Below are positions 44,002-54,841 of a stretch of DNA of 64,000 nt, piece after piece. The notes beneath the pieces were generated by a model that did no database searches, was not told the origin of the DNA, and saw only the letters and a program-made list of their open reading frames with translations. The translations under genes were made by a program, and so were the position numbers. Numbering within the stretch: the stretch's first letter is position 1; every line of letters starts with the position of its first letter. Source of the stretch: an uncultured Nitrososphaeraceae archaeon (GTDB lineage: Archaea > Thermoproteota > Nitrososphaeria > Nitrososphaerales > Nitrososphaeraceae); NCBI GenBank assembly GCA_963729045.1, contig CAVSMN010000016.1, positions 60,686 through 124,685 on the forward strand. Reading direction: 5' to 3'.

Positions 44002-44319
44002 TTATAAAGCAAATCCTCTCATTGTGGCAATGGCTGATTGTGTAAGTTTTATGGTGAATGCAGATGCATTGTCAGACTGTACTTTTGAAAGTCTCTCTAA
44101 AAAGCTTGTCTTATCTTTTCCTCTTTCAAACATTCCCCCTGACTCTTTGATACAAAGTGGAAAGCGTTGTATTTTTATTCCATTTGAAAATAAGTAATCT
44201 ATGAACTTTAGATAATTTTTAATATCAGAATAATCCCATTTCTTTTCCTCACATAACATTATCCATACGTCGATTGAATTTTGAAAAAATGCCTTCTCGC
44301 GGAGCTCTTCTAAACTCAA
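44002..44319 (-). CDS. Hypothetical protein
   Basis: 105-aa ORF directly downstream of purF on the same strand, with protein-like composition. Confidence 0.75.
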   Translation of the reverse strand: MSLEELREKAFFQNSIDVWIMLCEEKKWDYSDIKNYLKFIDYLFSNGIKIQRFPLCIKESGGMFERGKDKTSFLERLSKVQSDNASAFTIKLTQSAIATMRGFAL

Positions 44320-44351
44320 TATGATTATACTAGAAAGAAGGGATTTAAATT

Positions 44352-45800
44352 CTAATCTACAAATATCTTATCGTTAATTTGGTACCGAGAACCAAAATCA
44401 GGTTTTATTCCAAGGGGTGTATAATCTCCAGATGAACAAGAGAAGCATAATTCACTCTTTTTCAAACCTATGCCTTTCGCAAGATTTACGTTATCGTTAT
44501 AACAAACTTCGTCGGCCCCTATTATTCTAGCGACTTTGTTACCAATAATATCCAAATCCACTTCATTCTTAGCGACCTGAAACGCGATCAACTCCTCCTG
44601 AGAGGGAAAATCAATTCCGGCATAACATGGATACCTAATCGGCGGATACGTAACAACCATGGATATTTTTTTTGCTCCTGCTTGTTTGACAGACTCAATT
44701 ATTGCTTTGGAACTCGTACCCCTTACTATACTATCATCAACAATTATGACGTGTTTATTCTCTATCATCTCTCTGATTGGCATGATATTTTGGTTAATTT
44801 CCTTCCTGTCTTTAACTAGGGGCTCAATAAAGCTCCTCATGGAGCCCTTTTTGCTGTATCTGTCCTTTAACAAACCTTCTTCAAATGGTAGTCCAAGTTT
44901 TAGCGAATATCCTAAGGCCGCAGGTCTGGAAGAATCAGGTACTGGAATTACCACGTCTGCCTCATTAATCGGAAATTTAAGTGCTAAATATTCTCCAATC
45001 TTTTTCCTCGCAAGATAAATATTTATCCCTTCCATAATTGAACTTGGATGTGCAAAGTATGTGAATTCAAATGCACAATGCGCATGATTCACAGATTCAG
45101 AAAATCTTTCGGATTTAAGGCCATTCTTGTCTATTCTTACCAACTCACCTGGTTCAATATCTCTCAAAAGTATTGCACCAACAGTCGACAGAGCACAGGA
45201 TTCTGATGCAATTATGTAAGTATTAGTATCCTTATGCAATCCTAATACAAGTGGTCTGAAGCCTTTAGGATCTCTTGCGGCATATATTGTATTTGAATCG
45301 GTTAGAAATGTAAAACAATAAGATCCTACCATCTCATTTTTGAGTATTGCCATAGCGGCCTTCATATCATCCTTCTTTTTCAAAATACTAACTAGCCTTT
45401 GGGCTGCAACGAGTGTATCAGTCATATTTTGTGGGGTAAAAGTACAGCCACCAACCATGGTAGAAAGCTGTTCAGCGTTTGTAATGGTCCCATTGTGAGC
45501 AATGCATAAATCTTTAACCTTCAATGGTTGAGCATTCTCTAGAGAACTTGAGCCAAATGTAGAATATCTGACATGGCCGATCCCGATATTAGAAGAAAAC
45601 TTTGTAATTAATTTATCAAATTCATTTGCCGAAGCCGAAACCAATCCAGTTTTTTTATAAGGTAATTTCTTTGGTACGGCAATACCCCATGATTCTTGTC
45701 CTCTATGCTGTAGTGATCGAAGACAATCTATCAAATAAGGTATTATATTTTCTCCTCCCAAAGAAAAGATGCCTACCACACCACAATTTTCATGAACCAT
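44352..45800 (-). CDS. purF: Amidophosphoribosyltransferase
   Basis: ENCGVVG (Ntn Cys), LQHRGQ, GHVRYST, HNG and VDDSIVRGT motifs. Confidence 0.96.
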   Translation of the reverse strand: MVHENCGVVGIFSLGGENIIPYLIDCLRSLQHRGQESWGIAVPKKLPYKKTGLVSASANEFDKLITKFSSNIGIGHVRYSTFGSSSLENAQPLKVKDLCIAHNGTITNAEQLSTMVGGCTFTPQNMTDTLVAAQRLVSILKKKDDMKAAMAILKNEMVGSYCFTFLTDSNTIYAARDPKGFRPLVLGLHKDTNTYIIASESCALSTVGAILLRDIEPGELVRIDKNGLKSERFSESVNHAHCAFEFTYFAHPSSIMEGINIYLARKKIGEYLALKFPINEADVVIPVPDSSRPAALGYSLKLGLPFEEGLLKDRYSKKGSMRSFIEPLVKDRKEINQNIMPIREMIENKHVIIVDDSIVRGTSSKAIIESVKQAGAKKISMVVTYPPIRYPCYAGIDFPSQEELIAFQVAKNEVDLDIIGNKVARIIGADEVCYNDNVNLAKGIGLKKSELCFSCSSGDYTPLGIKPDFGSRYQINDKIFVD

Positions 45801-45895
45801 TAGAAGACATATCTCCGTCATTCTTTCTATTTAATTTTTAGAATGCGTAAGATGAGGTAGATTTGTATCAGATTTGTTAGACAAAAAAAAGTAAG

Positions 45896-48085
45896 TTAGA
45901 TAGATTTTGCAAAAAGATTTGAAAAAGAGTTATGATAATTTCGAGAAATGGTCTCTAGTGAACTTTTGAAAATTGTTTTTCCATTATTTTCAAAAATGCA
46001 AGTTTTATCATTTGAACTAGATCCAATTCTAGCAAATGGAATTTTCCTCTTTTTTAAGTATTTAATAATCATTGAATCATGATTGGTTGAAAAAATAAAT
46101 CGATTATGAGATTCTGAGAATAGCAAATAATCTATTCTAGAGCATTTATTTGGGATTTTGTCGACTGAAACTCTAAATCCAATATTGCTATGGAGGGCCA
46201 TCTCCAACATTGCAACAATTATCCCCCCTTTTGAGCAATCATGGATTCCGGTTATTAGATCTTCATCAATCAATTTTTTGATAGTCTCTATAATATTTCT
46301 TTGATCCTCTAAATCAACATGAGGAACGTCTCCACCCACAACATCCAAACAATATTCAAAATATTCTGACCCACCCATTTCATCTTTGGTGGCTCCAACG
46401 ATAAAGATTGATTGGTTTGAGGTATACTTTGGATACTTTATCTTATTCTTGGAATCAATTAACCCAAGCATTCCTATGACAGGTGAGGGTTTTATGGGAC
46501 CAGAGGTAGTTTCATTGTACAGACTTACCTTACCACCTACCACGGGTAAGTTCATGAATTTACAGTAATCACTAATACCTCTAATTGTCTGCAAGAATGT
46601 CCAAAAAATTTCTTCATTTTCGGGATTGCCAAATTGTAAGTGATCTACTATTCCTAATGGGCGAGCCCCCACACAAGTCAGGTTTCTGAGTGATTCGGCC
46701 AAACACCCTATGATTCCCTCGTATGGATCTAAATAACAATGTTTGGAGTTACCATCCAGTTTGAAACTCAGAAATTTATCATCGTCAAGCTTGATTACTG
46801 AACTATCAGATGCTCCTGGTTTTGATACCGTTTTAACTCCAACTTCATGGTCAAACTGCTCATAGATCCATTTTCTACTACATAGGGAAGGGTTAGACAA
46901 CATCTTAAATACCATTTTTTTGATATCGCTTTGAGGTTCCGGTTCTCGGAACGATTTTAGAATTGATTTAAGATAAGATGGTCGCTTAGATTTCCTATTC
47001 AACAGAGGGGCGTGAGCAATGATTTGTGCAGGCATGCAAGCCAACATGTTACCCTCTCTAATAACAGAGAGATTCAGATCATCAGTAACATATCCTATCT
47101 CAGAATAATTCACATTATGTTTATCAAAAATTTTGAAGAATTCGAATTTCTTTTTCGCGTTGACGATATATAACATGCGCTCTTGAGATTCTGAAATCAT
47201 GATCTGTGCATCTGTCATGTCCTTTTGCTTTAATGGAATAGTTGACAAATCAACTAAAAATCCTTTTTTCAAACTATCAGCTGTTTCAGATAAGCAACAA
47301 GACAAACCTCCACCTCCAAGATCTTTCATGGTCTTGATGCAATTATTTTCTATCGCCTCCAAGGTAGCTTCCATGAGCACTTTTTCCAAAAAAGGGTCTG
47401 GAATCTGCACCGCGGAACGGTTATCTTCATCAAGGTTTTTGGAGGCAAAGGAGGCGCCATGAATTCCATCCACACCTGTAGCATTTCCACCCAAAATTAG
47501 AAAATCACCTTTTTTTGCTGTGTTAGTAACGAGACTGTCAAGTTTTGCATAACCGATTGATGCAACATCCACTAAACAATAATTATCAAATGATTTGTCG
47601 AATTCCACCTCTCCGCCAACTGTCGGGACACCGATACAATTACCGTAATCAGCAATGCCTTTAACTACGTTTTTTAGCAACCATCTATTTTTTGAACCAA
47701 ATTTGGAATTCTTGTCAACTTCACCGAACCTTAATGCATTATACAATGCGATTGGACGAGAGCCCATTGACAATATGTCTCTAAGGACACCTCCGACCCC
47801 AGTCGCGGCACCTCCATATGGTTCCACGGCCGATGGATGATTGTGACTCTCTATATGAATAGTTACTACAAAACCATTACCTACATCAATTACTCCAGCA
47901 TCATAACCGGGGCCCATTAACACATGATCCCCTTTCATAGGTAATAATTTGAGATGTTTCTTAGATGACTTGTAAGAACAATGCTCAGACCATTCGGCAC
48001 TAATAATAAATTGTTCCAATTCGTTTGGTTCCCTACGTAGTTTCTTCTTTAAATAACTATATTCTTCTATATTGAGGATATTCAT
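45896..48085 (-). CDS. purL: FGAM synthase subunit PurL
   Basis: WSEHCSYKSS, ESHNHPS, DLGGGG, SESQERM and GGKVSLYN motifs. Confidence 0.97.
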   Translation of the reverse strand: MNILNIEEYSYLKKKLRREPNELEQFIISAEWSEHCSYKSSKKHLKLLPMKGDHVLMGPGYDAGVIDVGNGFVVTIHIESHNHPSAVEPYGGAATGVGGVLRDILSMGSRPIALYNALRFGEVDKNSKFGSKNRWLLKNVVKGIADYGNCIGVPTVGGEVEFDKSFDNYCLVDVASIGYAKLDSLVTNTAKKGDFLILGGNATGVDGIHGASFASKNLDEDNRSAVQIPDPFLEKVLMEATLEAIENNCIKTMKDLGGGGLSCCLSETADSLKKGFLVDLSTIPLKQKDMTDAQIMISESQERMLYIVNAKKKFEFFKIFDKHNVNYSEIGYVTDDLNLSVIREGNMLACMPAQIIAHAPLLNRKSKRPSYLKSILKSFREPEPQSDIKKMVFKMLSNPSLCSRKWIYEQFDHEVGVKTVSKPGASDSSVIKLDDDKFLSFKLDGNSKHCYLDPYEGIIGCLAESLRNLTCVGARPLGIVDHLQFGNPENEEIFWTFLQTIRGISDYCKFMNLPVVGGKVSLYNETTSGPIKPSPVIGMLGLIDSKNKIKYPKYTSNQSIFIVGATKDEMGGSEYFEYCLDVVGGDVPHVDLEDQRNIIETIKKLIDEDLITGIHDCSKGGIIVAMLEMALHSNIGFRVSVDKIPNKCSRIDYLLFSESHNRFIFSTNHDSMIIKYLKKRKIPFARIGSSSNDKTCIFENNGKTIFKSSLETISRNYHNSFSNLFAKSI

Positions 48086-48099
48086 TTTTAATTCAAATT

Positions 48100-48777
48100 C
48101 TACTTAAAATAGTTAATCATAGACTTAAATATCAATATGGAGCCCTGGTCGTAACCTGAAGGGATCAAATCTTTGTCACTACCTCTTTCAGGATGAGGCA
48201 TCATCCCCATAACATTTCCTTTTGCGTTACAAATGGCAGCAATGTTGTTTAAAGAACCATTCGGATTATGTTTCCAATATTCTAAGGTGACCTGGTTATT
48301 TTTCTTTATTTTATTGTATGATTTTTCATCAATCACGAATCTTCCTTCACCATGTGCGATAGGTATTGAAATCCTCTGATTCTTATCATATAAATTTGTA
48401 AATGGGGTATCAGTATTAGTAACTACCACATTCATCCATTTGCAAATAAAATTCAAAGATTGGTTGACAATTAGTGCACCTGGGAGTATCCCGGATTCAA
48501 CAAGTATTTGAAATCCATTACATATTCCTAATATTGGAACATTATTATCTGCTAACTCCATTATTTTACTCATGATGGTGCTGTGTGCTGCTATGGCACC
48601 TGCTCGAAGCCGGTCTCCATAAGTGAATCCACCTGGTATTACTATACAATCAAATTCATCAAAGGATGATTTGTACCAGATATACCTAGCATCTACATGA
48701 AGAATATTATTTAAAATATGATGAACATCACGATCGCAATTACTGCCTGGAAAAACCGTAATTCCTATCCTTACCAA
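48100..48777 (-). CDS. purQ: FGAM synthase glutaminase subunit PurQ
   Basis: FPGSNCD, PGGFTYGD, GICNGFQ and MPHPER motifs. Confidence 0.97.
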   Translation of the reverse strand: MVRIGITVFPGSNCDRDVHHILNNILHVDARYIWYKSSFDEFDCIVIPGGFTYGDRLRAGAIAAHSTIMSKIMELADNNVPILGICNGFQILVESGILPGALIVNQSLNFICKWMNVVVTNTDTPFTNLYDKNQRISIPIAHGEGRFVIDEKSYNKIKKNNQVTLEYWKHNPNGSLNNIAAICNAKGNVMGMMPHPERGSDKDLIPSGYDQGSILIFKSMINYFK

Positions 48778-48842
48778 TAAGGATATTAAAATTATATTTT
48801 ATAAATTCCTATTCTTTTGCCTAAATCTAAATTAACAAAATA

Positions 48843-49229
48843 TTATTGTTTAATGATGACTGCATTAACAATACCATCTTGTCCGGGTCTCGAAACAACC
48901 TTGGCCAATCCCAGTTCGGTCTCTAAAATTGAGCCTTTTGTAACTACACCTCGTCTTGTATAATCCTTATTTGCAGGATTCTTGGTGACTCTGATTATCT
49001 TGACCTTGGTTGTCTTCTTGGTATCCTGATCATTCACATTTGCGTATTCGGCAAACTTAAAAGCAACTTTAACATTATTCCCTCGAACTCTGCGAATTAC
49101 ATTCTTGGTATCACCTACTATTGGTTCGTTTGGGTATCTATCTATTTCAGATTTCCTTCTGGTTCGGTTGGGAATTATTCTTCCGCCTGTTAATTTCCTG
49201 CCTCCCAAATTTTCGATAGATTTACGCAC
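48843..49229 (-). CDS. rps8e: 30S ribosomal protein S8e
   Basis: RKLTGG, RVRGNNVK, NPAN and SRPGQDG motifs. Confidence 0.96.
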   Translation of the reverse strand: MRKSIENLGGRKLTGGRIIPNRTRRKSEIDRYPNEPIVGDTKNVIRRVRGNNVKVAFKFAEYANVNDQDTKKTTKVKIIRVTKNPANKDYTRRGVVTKGSILETELGLAKVVSRPGQDGIVNAVIIKQ

Positions 49230-49253
49230 AATTCAAATTTGGCAAAACTATAA

Positions 49254-49790
49254 TTAAGTGTTTTTCTTTGAAAATCCTGTAGGATTTAATAGTAAACTTT
49301 TTTTCAGCATTGCCAAATCGCTAATTCCAAAATAATTCTTGAATTTCATTGTGGTTGTATATATCTTGACCCTTCCTGAACTTTTTTGGTTAACAAACTC
49401 CAAATCCTGTAGTTCCTTTAGGTGCATATATACTTTAGAGCCCCTGATTTCTACCAATCTTTTGCTAGTAACGGGCTGTTCATAAGCTACATAAGAAAGC
49501 GTCTTCATTACAGAATTAGAAATCTGAGGCTTATTAGAGAACTTTTTAATGATTGGAGCGTAACTGGGTTTTAGCTGAAATACGTATGTACCGTCTTCCA
49601 GCTTTGCTATTTCCAAAGCTTTGAAAGTGACTTTAGTTTTGTTAATAAGTTCATTTAATAATCGTTTAATTCTCTCCCGCGATTCTATCCCGGATGCTTT
49701 AACCATATCATCTATTGTAAGGGGACGGCCAGCAGAATACAACGCTGCCTCAATGCGAGCAATGATTTCATCAGGGGGCAATTTTGTCAT
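49254..49790 (-). CDS. scpB: SMC-Scp complex subunit ScpB
   Basis: IEAALY, TLSYVAYEQPVT, IRG and YTTTxKFxxYFG motifs. Confidence 0.92.
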   Translation of the reverse strand: MTKLPPDEIIARIEAALYSAGRPLTIDDMVKASGIESRERIKRLLNELINKTKVTFKALEIAKLEDGTYVFQLKPSYAPIIKKFSNKPQISNSVMKTLSYVAYEQPVTSKRLVEIRGSKVYMHLKELQDLEFVNQKSSGRVKIYTTTMKFKNYFGISDLAMLKKSLLLNPTGFSKKNT

Positions 49791-49794
49791 CTAA

Positions 49795-50595
49795 TCACTC
49801 CTGGATGTTATTTTTGAGAGCAATTTTTATCCATTCTAAAATGTTGTCTGTTGTTTTAATGCTTCCTGTAGTCTCCCGGGAAGAATCTAAATAGTCTATT
49901 CCCTTATTCATGTCGGTAAACCCGGTGATAATTTCTATCTTATCCTTCATGCTAAGATAAAGCATAGCAATGAAATATCTAGCAATATCGATTCTGTCTA
50001 ACCCAATCATCATTTCGTTAAAATTCAATTCTCTTCCGTATTCTAGCCTTTTCATAATCCTATTTTCAAATTCCTCTATTATTTTTTCAAATTTAATCAA
50101 ATAATGTTGAAAGTCTATTACCTCAACAGGTTCCAAATTTAGGCTTGTTCTCTTTACAACTGGATTAGTAAGGTCGGTGATCATAGTCTCCAGAATAGAA
50201 ATCAGATCCTCTAATGATACAGGGTAAGACAATTCTTTTCTAAAGGGCAACGTAAGATTAGAAATCTCTGGGATTGGAGTCTTCTCACTAAATTCCTTGT
50301 CACGTTCAGATACGCCTTGTTGATCTTTATTAGCAATTTTTTCTAATCGAAAGATAGATTCTACTTTAAGTCTATGAATTAATGATGACGTCAAAATCGC
50401 TACACCACATACGCGCAAGTCCTTATAAGAAGATTTAGTTAAAGTAGATAACAAGGTCTCTAAGAGTTTTACAATATTTATTTGCCAAACATCGTTCCTT
50501 TCTATCAAAGAAGGATTAAAAAGCAAATTTAATGGAGGTTGAGAAATTCTTTTCTTGGTAGAAACTTGATCGAGTTCAACGTTTTCATCAACCAT
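49795..50595 (-). CDS. scpA: SMC-Scp kleisin subunit ScpA
   Basis: DVWQINI, PVSLEDL and FIAMLYL motifs; adjacent to scpB. Confidence 0.87.
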   Translation of the reverse strand: MVDENVELDQVSTKKRISQPPLNLLFNPSLIERNDVWQINIVKLLETLLSTLTKSSYKDLRVCGVAILTSSLIHRLKVESIFRLEKIANKDQQGVSERDKEFSEKTPIPEISNLTLPFRKELSYPVSLEDLISILETMITDLTNPVVKRTSLNLEPVEVIDFQHYLIKFEKIIEEFENRIMKRLEYGRELNFNEMMIGLDRIDIARYFIAMLYLSMKDKIEIITGFTDMNKGIDYLDSSRETTGSIKTTDNILEWIKIALKNNIQE

Positions 50596-50932
50596 GCTAT
50601 CATGTCAGGCGTATCCTATATTTTATTATATTCCACATCTATCAAAATTACAGGTATTTGTAATTTTGAGAGTTGGATTACCCAGGGTGGATTCTCTGAT
50701 TTACCTAATTTCAATAACCAAAGATGTGAGGAGGCTGATTTTTGTTTTTGCAAAATCATTTTAAATCTTTTCCAGATATTTCCCAGAATCAATAATCTAA
50801 AAGATTTCTATCCTGTTGCCTTAGAAAAAAAGATTTGAACTTTCTTTCTTGTTTGATCGATGGCAGTTTATACAATCCAAATCGTAATCCAATAGTACTT
50901 AAGAATAAATACAAATTCATTTGTAAATTAGC

Positions 50933-51589
50933 ATGCATTATTGGTACGGATGTGTCGATACTCCACATAATGATTACAGAAAGGATGTTTCGAAATTTAG
51001 AATTATCACAGATAATTTAAGAATAATAGGAGACAAAGGAAATAGGATCCCTGACAAATCTTGGATGCTTTACTTGTTAGAAATTTTCAATATCCAACAT
51101 GTCGCAGTAGAATTAAACCTAATTTGCCAATTCGATAACCAAGACTATTTTGAGGCAATTTTCAGAGGTCATAATCAATATCGATTTACTAAAGTCTTAC
51201 CTCAAATAGGACACTCGTACCATAGAGAAATCAATTTCATAGATAATGAATCAAGATTGGAATACTATCTAAAAGATCTCGTTTCAAATGAAGATGAAAA
51301 ATTTTCTCTCAAAGTGGATCGGGAACAGTTTGCTTTTCAGTTTCATCAAAGTTTCACTGGGGTAGAGTGGTGGAACAGAATTAGTTATTCTCCATATCCA
51401 ATAAGATATGAAATTGAAATTTCAAATTTGATGTATGGATATAATGACGATTTGGACGATCCAGAGTCTCAGGTGTTTTTCCCTATAGGCTCAATTTATG
51501 AAAATAAAGATGGTAATACTCACTCTTACCCTGCAAAACTCTATGATATTACTAGGAGAAACGGTTGTGTTTGTTATTTGGTAAAGTAG
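50933..51589 (+). CDS. Hypothetical protein, aromatic-rich and probably beta-rich
   Basis: 218-aa ORF with a TATA-like CTTAAGAATAAA about 25-35 nt upstream; no recognised motif. Confidence 0.72.
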   Translation: MHYWYGCVDTPHNDYRKDVSKFRIITDNLRIIGDKGNRIPDKSWMLYLLEIFNIQHVAVELNLICQFDNQDYFEAIFRGHNQYRFTKVLPQIGHSYHREINFIDNESRLEYYLKDLVSNEDEKFSLKVDREQFAFQFHQSFTGVEWWNRISYSPYPIRYEIEISNLMYGYNDDLDDPESQVFFPIGSIYENKDGNTHSYPAKLYDITRRNGCVCYLVK

Positions 51590-51630
51590 GCAGGGCATCT
51601 CTTGTCTTGTTTTAAAATGGCATTAATTAA

Positions 51631-52572
51631 TTAGACTCGGACGAAGCTCGAATTTGGAATACTTATGTGCTCAAATGCTTCGGGGAAAACAATCTTGCTC
51701 AATATTTCTATTCCAGTCACGATTCTAGGACTGGGTTTACTGAAAAAGGCATTGGAATTTACGATGTAGATTTCCCTTTTCTTATTTGCTCCTAATGAAT
51801 GCCAATTAGAATCCTTAATCTTTTGGTATTCTTTTTGGGACCTGGTAATATCAAACCCGCAAGGCATTATCACCACCTTGTCAGGGTTCAACTGTTCAAT
51901 TTTCAATGTGTCAATTCGGTGTGAATCCAAACCGCCTTGTCCATTTAAACCCATTGCTCCAACTATATCTAACATATCTGGTACCCAATGTCCGGCAAGA
52001 TAGAAAGGGTCGAGCCAATCTAAACACATTACTTTCGGTCGATTATTTACAAGGTGTTTTTTATTGGGCTGTTGTAAAATAGATTCTATTTTGTTAATTC
52101 TTTCTTGAAGCTGATTAGTAATTTTTAGAGCCTCTTCCGCTCTGCCTAATTCTTTACCTAAAACTAGTATACTTTGAAATATTTCAAAAAGATTAGTAGG
52201 ATTTATTACTAAATTGTGCGGCTTATATCCTAATATTTCAAATGTGCTCTGTATTTCCTTATCAAAAGGTGCACACACTGAGCACATGTTCTGACTAATT
52301 ATCAAATCTGGTTTTATTTTCCTTATTTTATCTACATCAATCTTGAATAATGGTTCATTTTTGCGTGACATCTCTCTTACCTTCTTGTCTATATCTGAAC
52401 TATCCAGTTCTTCAAAGCTTATTGTTGGTCTTATTATTTTTGGTATCTGTAGGGCTTCTTTGGGATAATTACATTCGTGAGTAACACCTTTGAGGATACC
52501 CTCAAGTCCTAATTCAAAAATAATTTCGGTTGCACTGGGTAAGAAGGATAGAATTCTAGAGAAGGTTGTCAC
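51631..52572 (-). CDS. BtuF/TroA-like cobalamin- or siderophore-binding protein
   Basis: RILSFLPSATEI, GVTHEC, KPDLII, AGHWVP and FSKPSPR motifs. Confidence 0.87.
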   Translation of the reverse strand: MTTFSRILSFLPSATEIIFELGLEGILKGVTHECNYPKEALQIPKIIRPTISFEELDSSDIDKKVREMSRKNEPLFKIDVDKIRKIKPDLIISQNMCSVCAPFDKEIQSTFEILGYKPHNLVINPTNLFEIFQSILVLGKELGRAEEALKITNQLQERINKIESILQQPNKKHLVNNRPKVMCLDWLDPFYLAGHWVPDMLDIVGAMGLNGQGGLDSHRIDTLKIEQLNPDKVVIMPCGFDITRSQKEYQKIKDSNWHSLGANKKREIYIVNSNAFFSKPSPRIVTGIEILSKIVFPEAFEHISIPNSSFVRV

Positions 52573-52626
52573 AGGATATTAACCGCTTATTGATGTCTAA
52601 ACTCAATCTTAACTAATTCCTCACTT

Positions 52627-53472
52627 TTAATGATGTTTATGTAAAATATACAAGCTCTTAAAAAAGTCAATAGTAACTTTTGAATTGAGCTTACTTGAAC
52701 CATTTGTCCTATCAGTAAATGTATAGGGGATTTCCTTAATCTTTAATGATTTTGACTTTACTAATATCTCTAAAAGGATCTTAAAACCTGATGTGTTAAA
52801 TTCCATTTTTCTAACTACGTCCCTTTTAGTTATAAAAAATCCGGACATGGGATCAGATATATTTGACAATCTGAATAAAAGTTTTGATAAATTTGTGGCA
52901 AACTTGCTATAAAATATCCGTTTTGAAGTCCAACCTACTATACTACCCCCTTTCAAGTAACGTGATGCAATTACTAGATCACAATTTGAATTTCTGATCT
53001 CTCTAATCAGACTATTAATATGCAAAGGTGTATGAGAAAAATCAGCATCCATTACTATAAGGTAGTCACTAATTGATGATTTAAAGCCCTCATATATGGC
53101 TGAAATCAAACCCGAACGCTCCTTTCTCTTTACTATCTTTATGAAAAAGCTCTCATCATGAAGTGGATATATAAAAAAATGCTTGTGTGACTGAACACCT
53201 ACAGTATCTCGAATTTTATACAAATAGAATCCTTTTTTTCCATTAAAGGCCTCGATAATTCTATCAACAGTGCAATCAGGAGAATTATCATCAATGATGA
53301 CTATTTCATAGCATCCTTGGTCTTTTACACAAGCATTTATGGAATTTACTAAGTTAACAATATTCTGTGATTCATTATATGTTGGGATAATAATTGAGAA
53401 TAAGGGAGGATTGTGGAGTTTCTTTATCAGATCATCCTGAGTTTTTCTACATATTATATTCTTGTTCATCAT
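52627..53472 (-). CDS. GT2 polyprenol-phosphate mannose synthase-like glycosyltransferase
   Basis: IIPTYNE, DDNSPD, MDADFSH, ASRY, DPMSGFF and GSSKL motifs. Confidence 0.9.
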   Translation of the reverse strand: MMNKNIICRKTQDDLIKKLHNPPLFSIIIPTYNESQNIVNLVNSINACVKDQGCYEIVIIDDNSPDCTVDRIIEAFNGKKGFYLYKIRDTVGVQSHKHFFIYPLHDESFFIKIVKRKERSGLISAIYEGFKSSISDYLIVMDADFSHTPLHINSLIREIRNSNCDLVIASRYLKGGSIVGWTSKRIFYSKFATNLSKLLFRLSNISDPMSGFFITKRDVVRKMEFNTSGFKILLEILVKSKSLKIKEIPYTFTDRTNGSSKLNSKVTIDFFKSLYILHKHH

Positions 53473-53557
53473 TACATCCCGTAACTATCTGTCTCTTTCG
53501 AATTTCATTCCAAAAGTAAATATATAAATGTATTACATGCCCAAAAGATTCTACAAA

Positions 53558-54637
53558 TTACTCCAACTTGACATTACCCAGATAAAAACTGTCTATTATT
53601 CTATTGATATTAGAAGAGAACTTATCGAATTCATCCTTTTGAGTGGTAAAAATGATCTCATACAAGTGTGTGTTGTTTCTTATCATTATTTCTTTTGACT
53701 CGGTAGGCCCCAAATTTGAATCGTAGGAGTACACGAGCTCTTTTCCCAAACTCTTTGAGAAATTCATATCTTTCAATGAAATCAATTTAAGGTTCTCTAA
53801 GTTATTCGCCAGATACCTAATTTCATTTATTAAATCTGCCATTAAGAAATCGTTTTCGCTGTATGTAGGACCAGATAAATTAGCGTCACTCATATAATGG
53901 TAGAAATCAACCCTTTCCAAATAATGATCTTGAGGATTATCCTGATTCGAAATAAAAGATACTCTATTTTGCCCCAAAACTTTATTCCAACTGCTCGGAT
54001 ATTTTAAAGCAAACCCTTCTGGAGACTGATAAATGGATTCTTTAATGTTACTTGGTGGAATAATTGTTGTGTTTTTTGTTAAAATTCCAACACCAGAAAT
54101 TATCTTGTAAATTATTGGAATGTAACTAAAGTAACTATCTGGTGTAGTACCAAATGAAATAACATACACATAATCATCTTTAATAGTCCAATACTGCAAA
54201 ACTTTAACTATTCTATTATCTGTTTCATGGGTAAATAGAATCCTCTCCCATACCGAATCTGAAAGTACGTAAGGATTTGAATCTATAAGGTGAAATTCTC
54301 GCAGTGTCGTTGATAGAATTTTTAGTGCTTTATTAGAGTATTCATGAAGTGACATATTTGATTGTAATTTCTCTATTCCAAATGTCATTTTTTCTCCAAA
54401 CAAATCATAATTATTTGGAGGAGTCAAAGTAATTAGGTCGCTATCCAGGTGAGTACCGTTGGCAACTGTCCAACTAGATGGAAAACTGAAATTAAATCCA
54501 TGGTCATTTTGCGTGGTATAATTAATCCATGAGGATTTAATCTCCCCAAAAGACATGCCTGCATCAGGACCTAAGAAAAAAACTAATTGAAAGGAAATGG
54601 CAATAGTCAAAAATGATATACTTAGTGCAGTTCCCAT
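53558..54637 (-). CDS. Secreted protein with two PsbP/DcrB-like domains
   Basis: Signal-like N-terminus and two GFxxxY/FPSSW...YxIxF...II.S repeats. Confidence 0.78.
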   Translation of the reverse strand: MGTALSISFLTIAISFQLVFFLGPDAGMSFGEIKSSWINYTTQNDHGFNFSFPSSWTVANGTHLDSDLITLTPPNNYDLFGEKMTFGIEKLQSNMSLHEYSNKALKILSTTLREFHLIDSNPYVLSDSVWERILFTHETDNRIVKVLQYWTIKDDYVYVISFGTTPDSYFSYIPIIYKIISGVGILTKNTTIIPPSNIKESIYQSPEGFALKYPSSWNKVLGQNRVSFISNQDNPQDHYLERVDFYHYMSDANLSGPTYSENDFLMADLINEIRYLANNLENLKLISLKDMNFSKSLGKELVYSYDSNLGPTESKEIMIRNNTHLYEIIFTTQKDEFDKFSSNINRIIDSFYLGNVKLE

Positions 54638-54841
54638 CCTATCATTCTGAAGTAAAAGAGGTTTATCAAATTATGGGATCTCAGTAACTGCAATTACTAT
54701 CAAGGATCCCCTGACCAATCTGATAAAAAATGGCAAGGTTATAGAGAGATTTGTTTTATATAAGCACAATCCAATCGATAAAGTATGTATCCATTTTCAA
54801 ACCTCAAAAAATCTCTTATCGGATCTACAAGAATGTAATGG

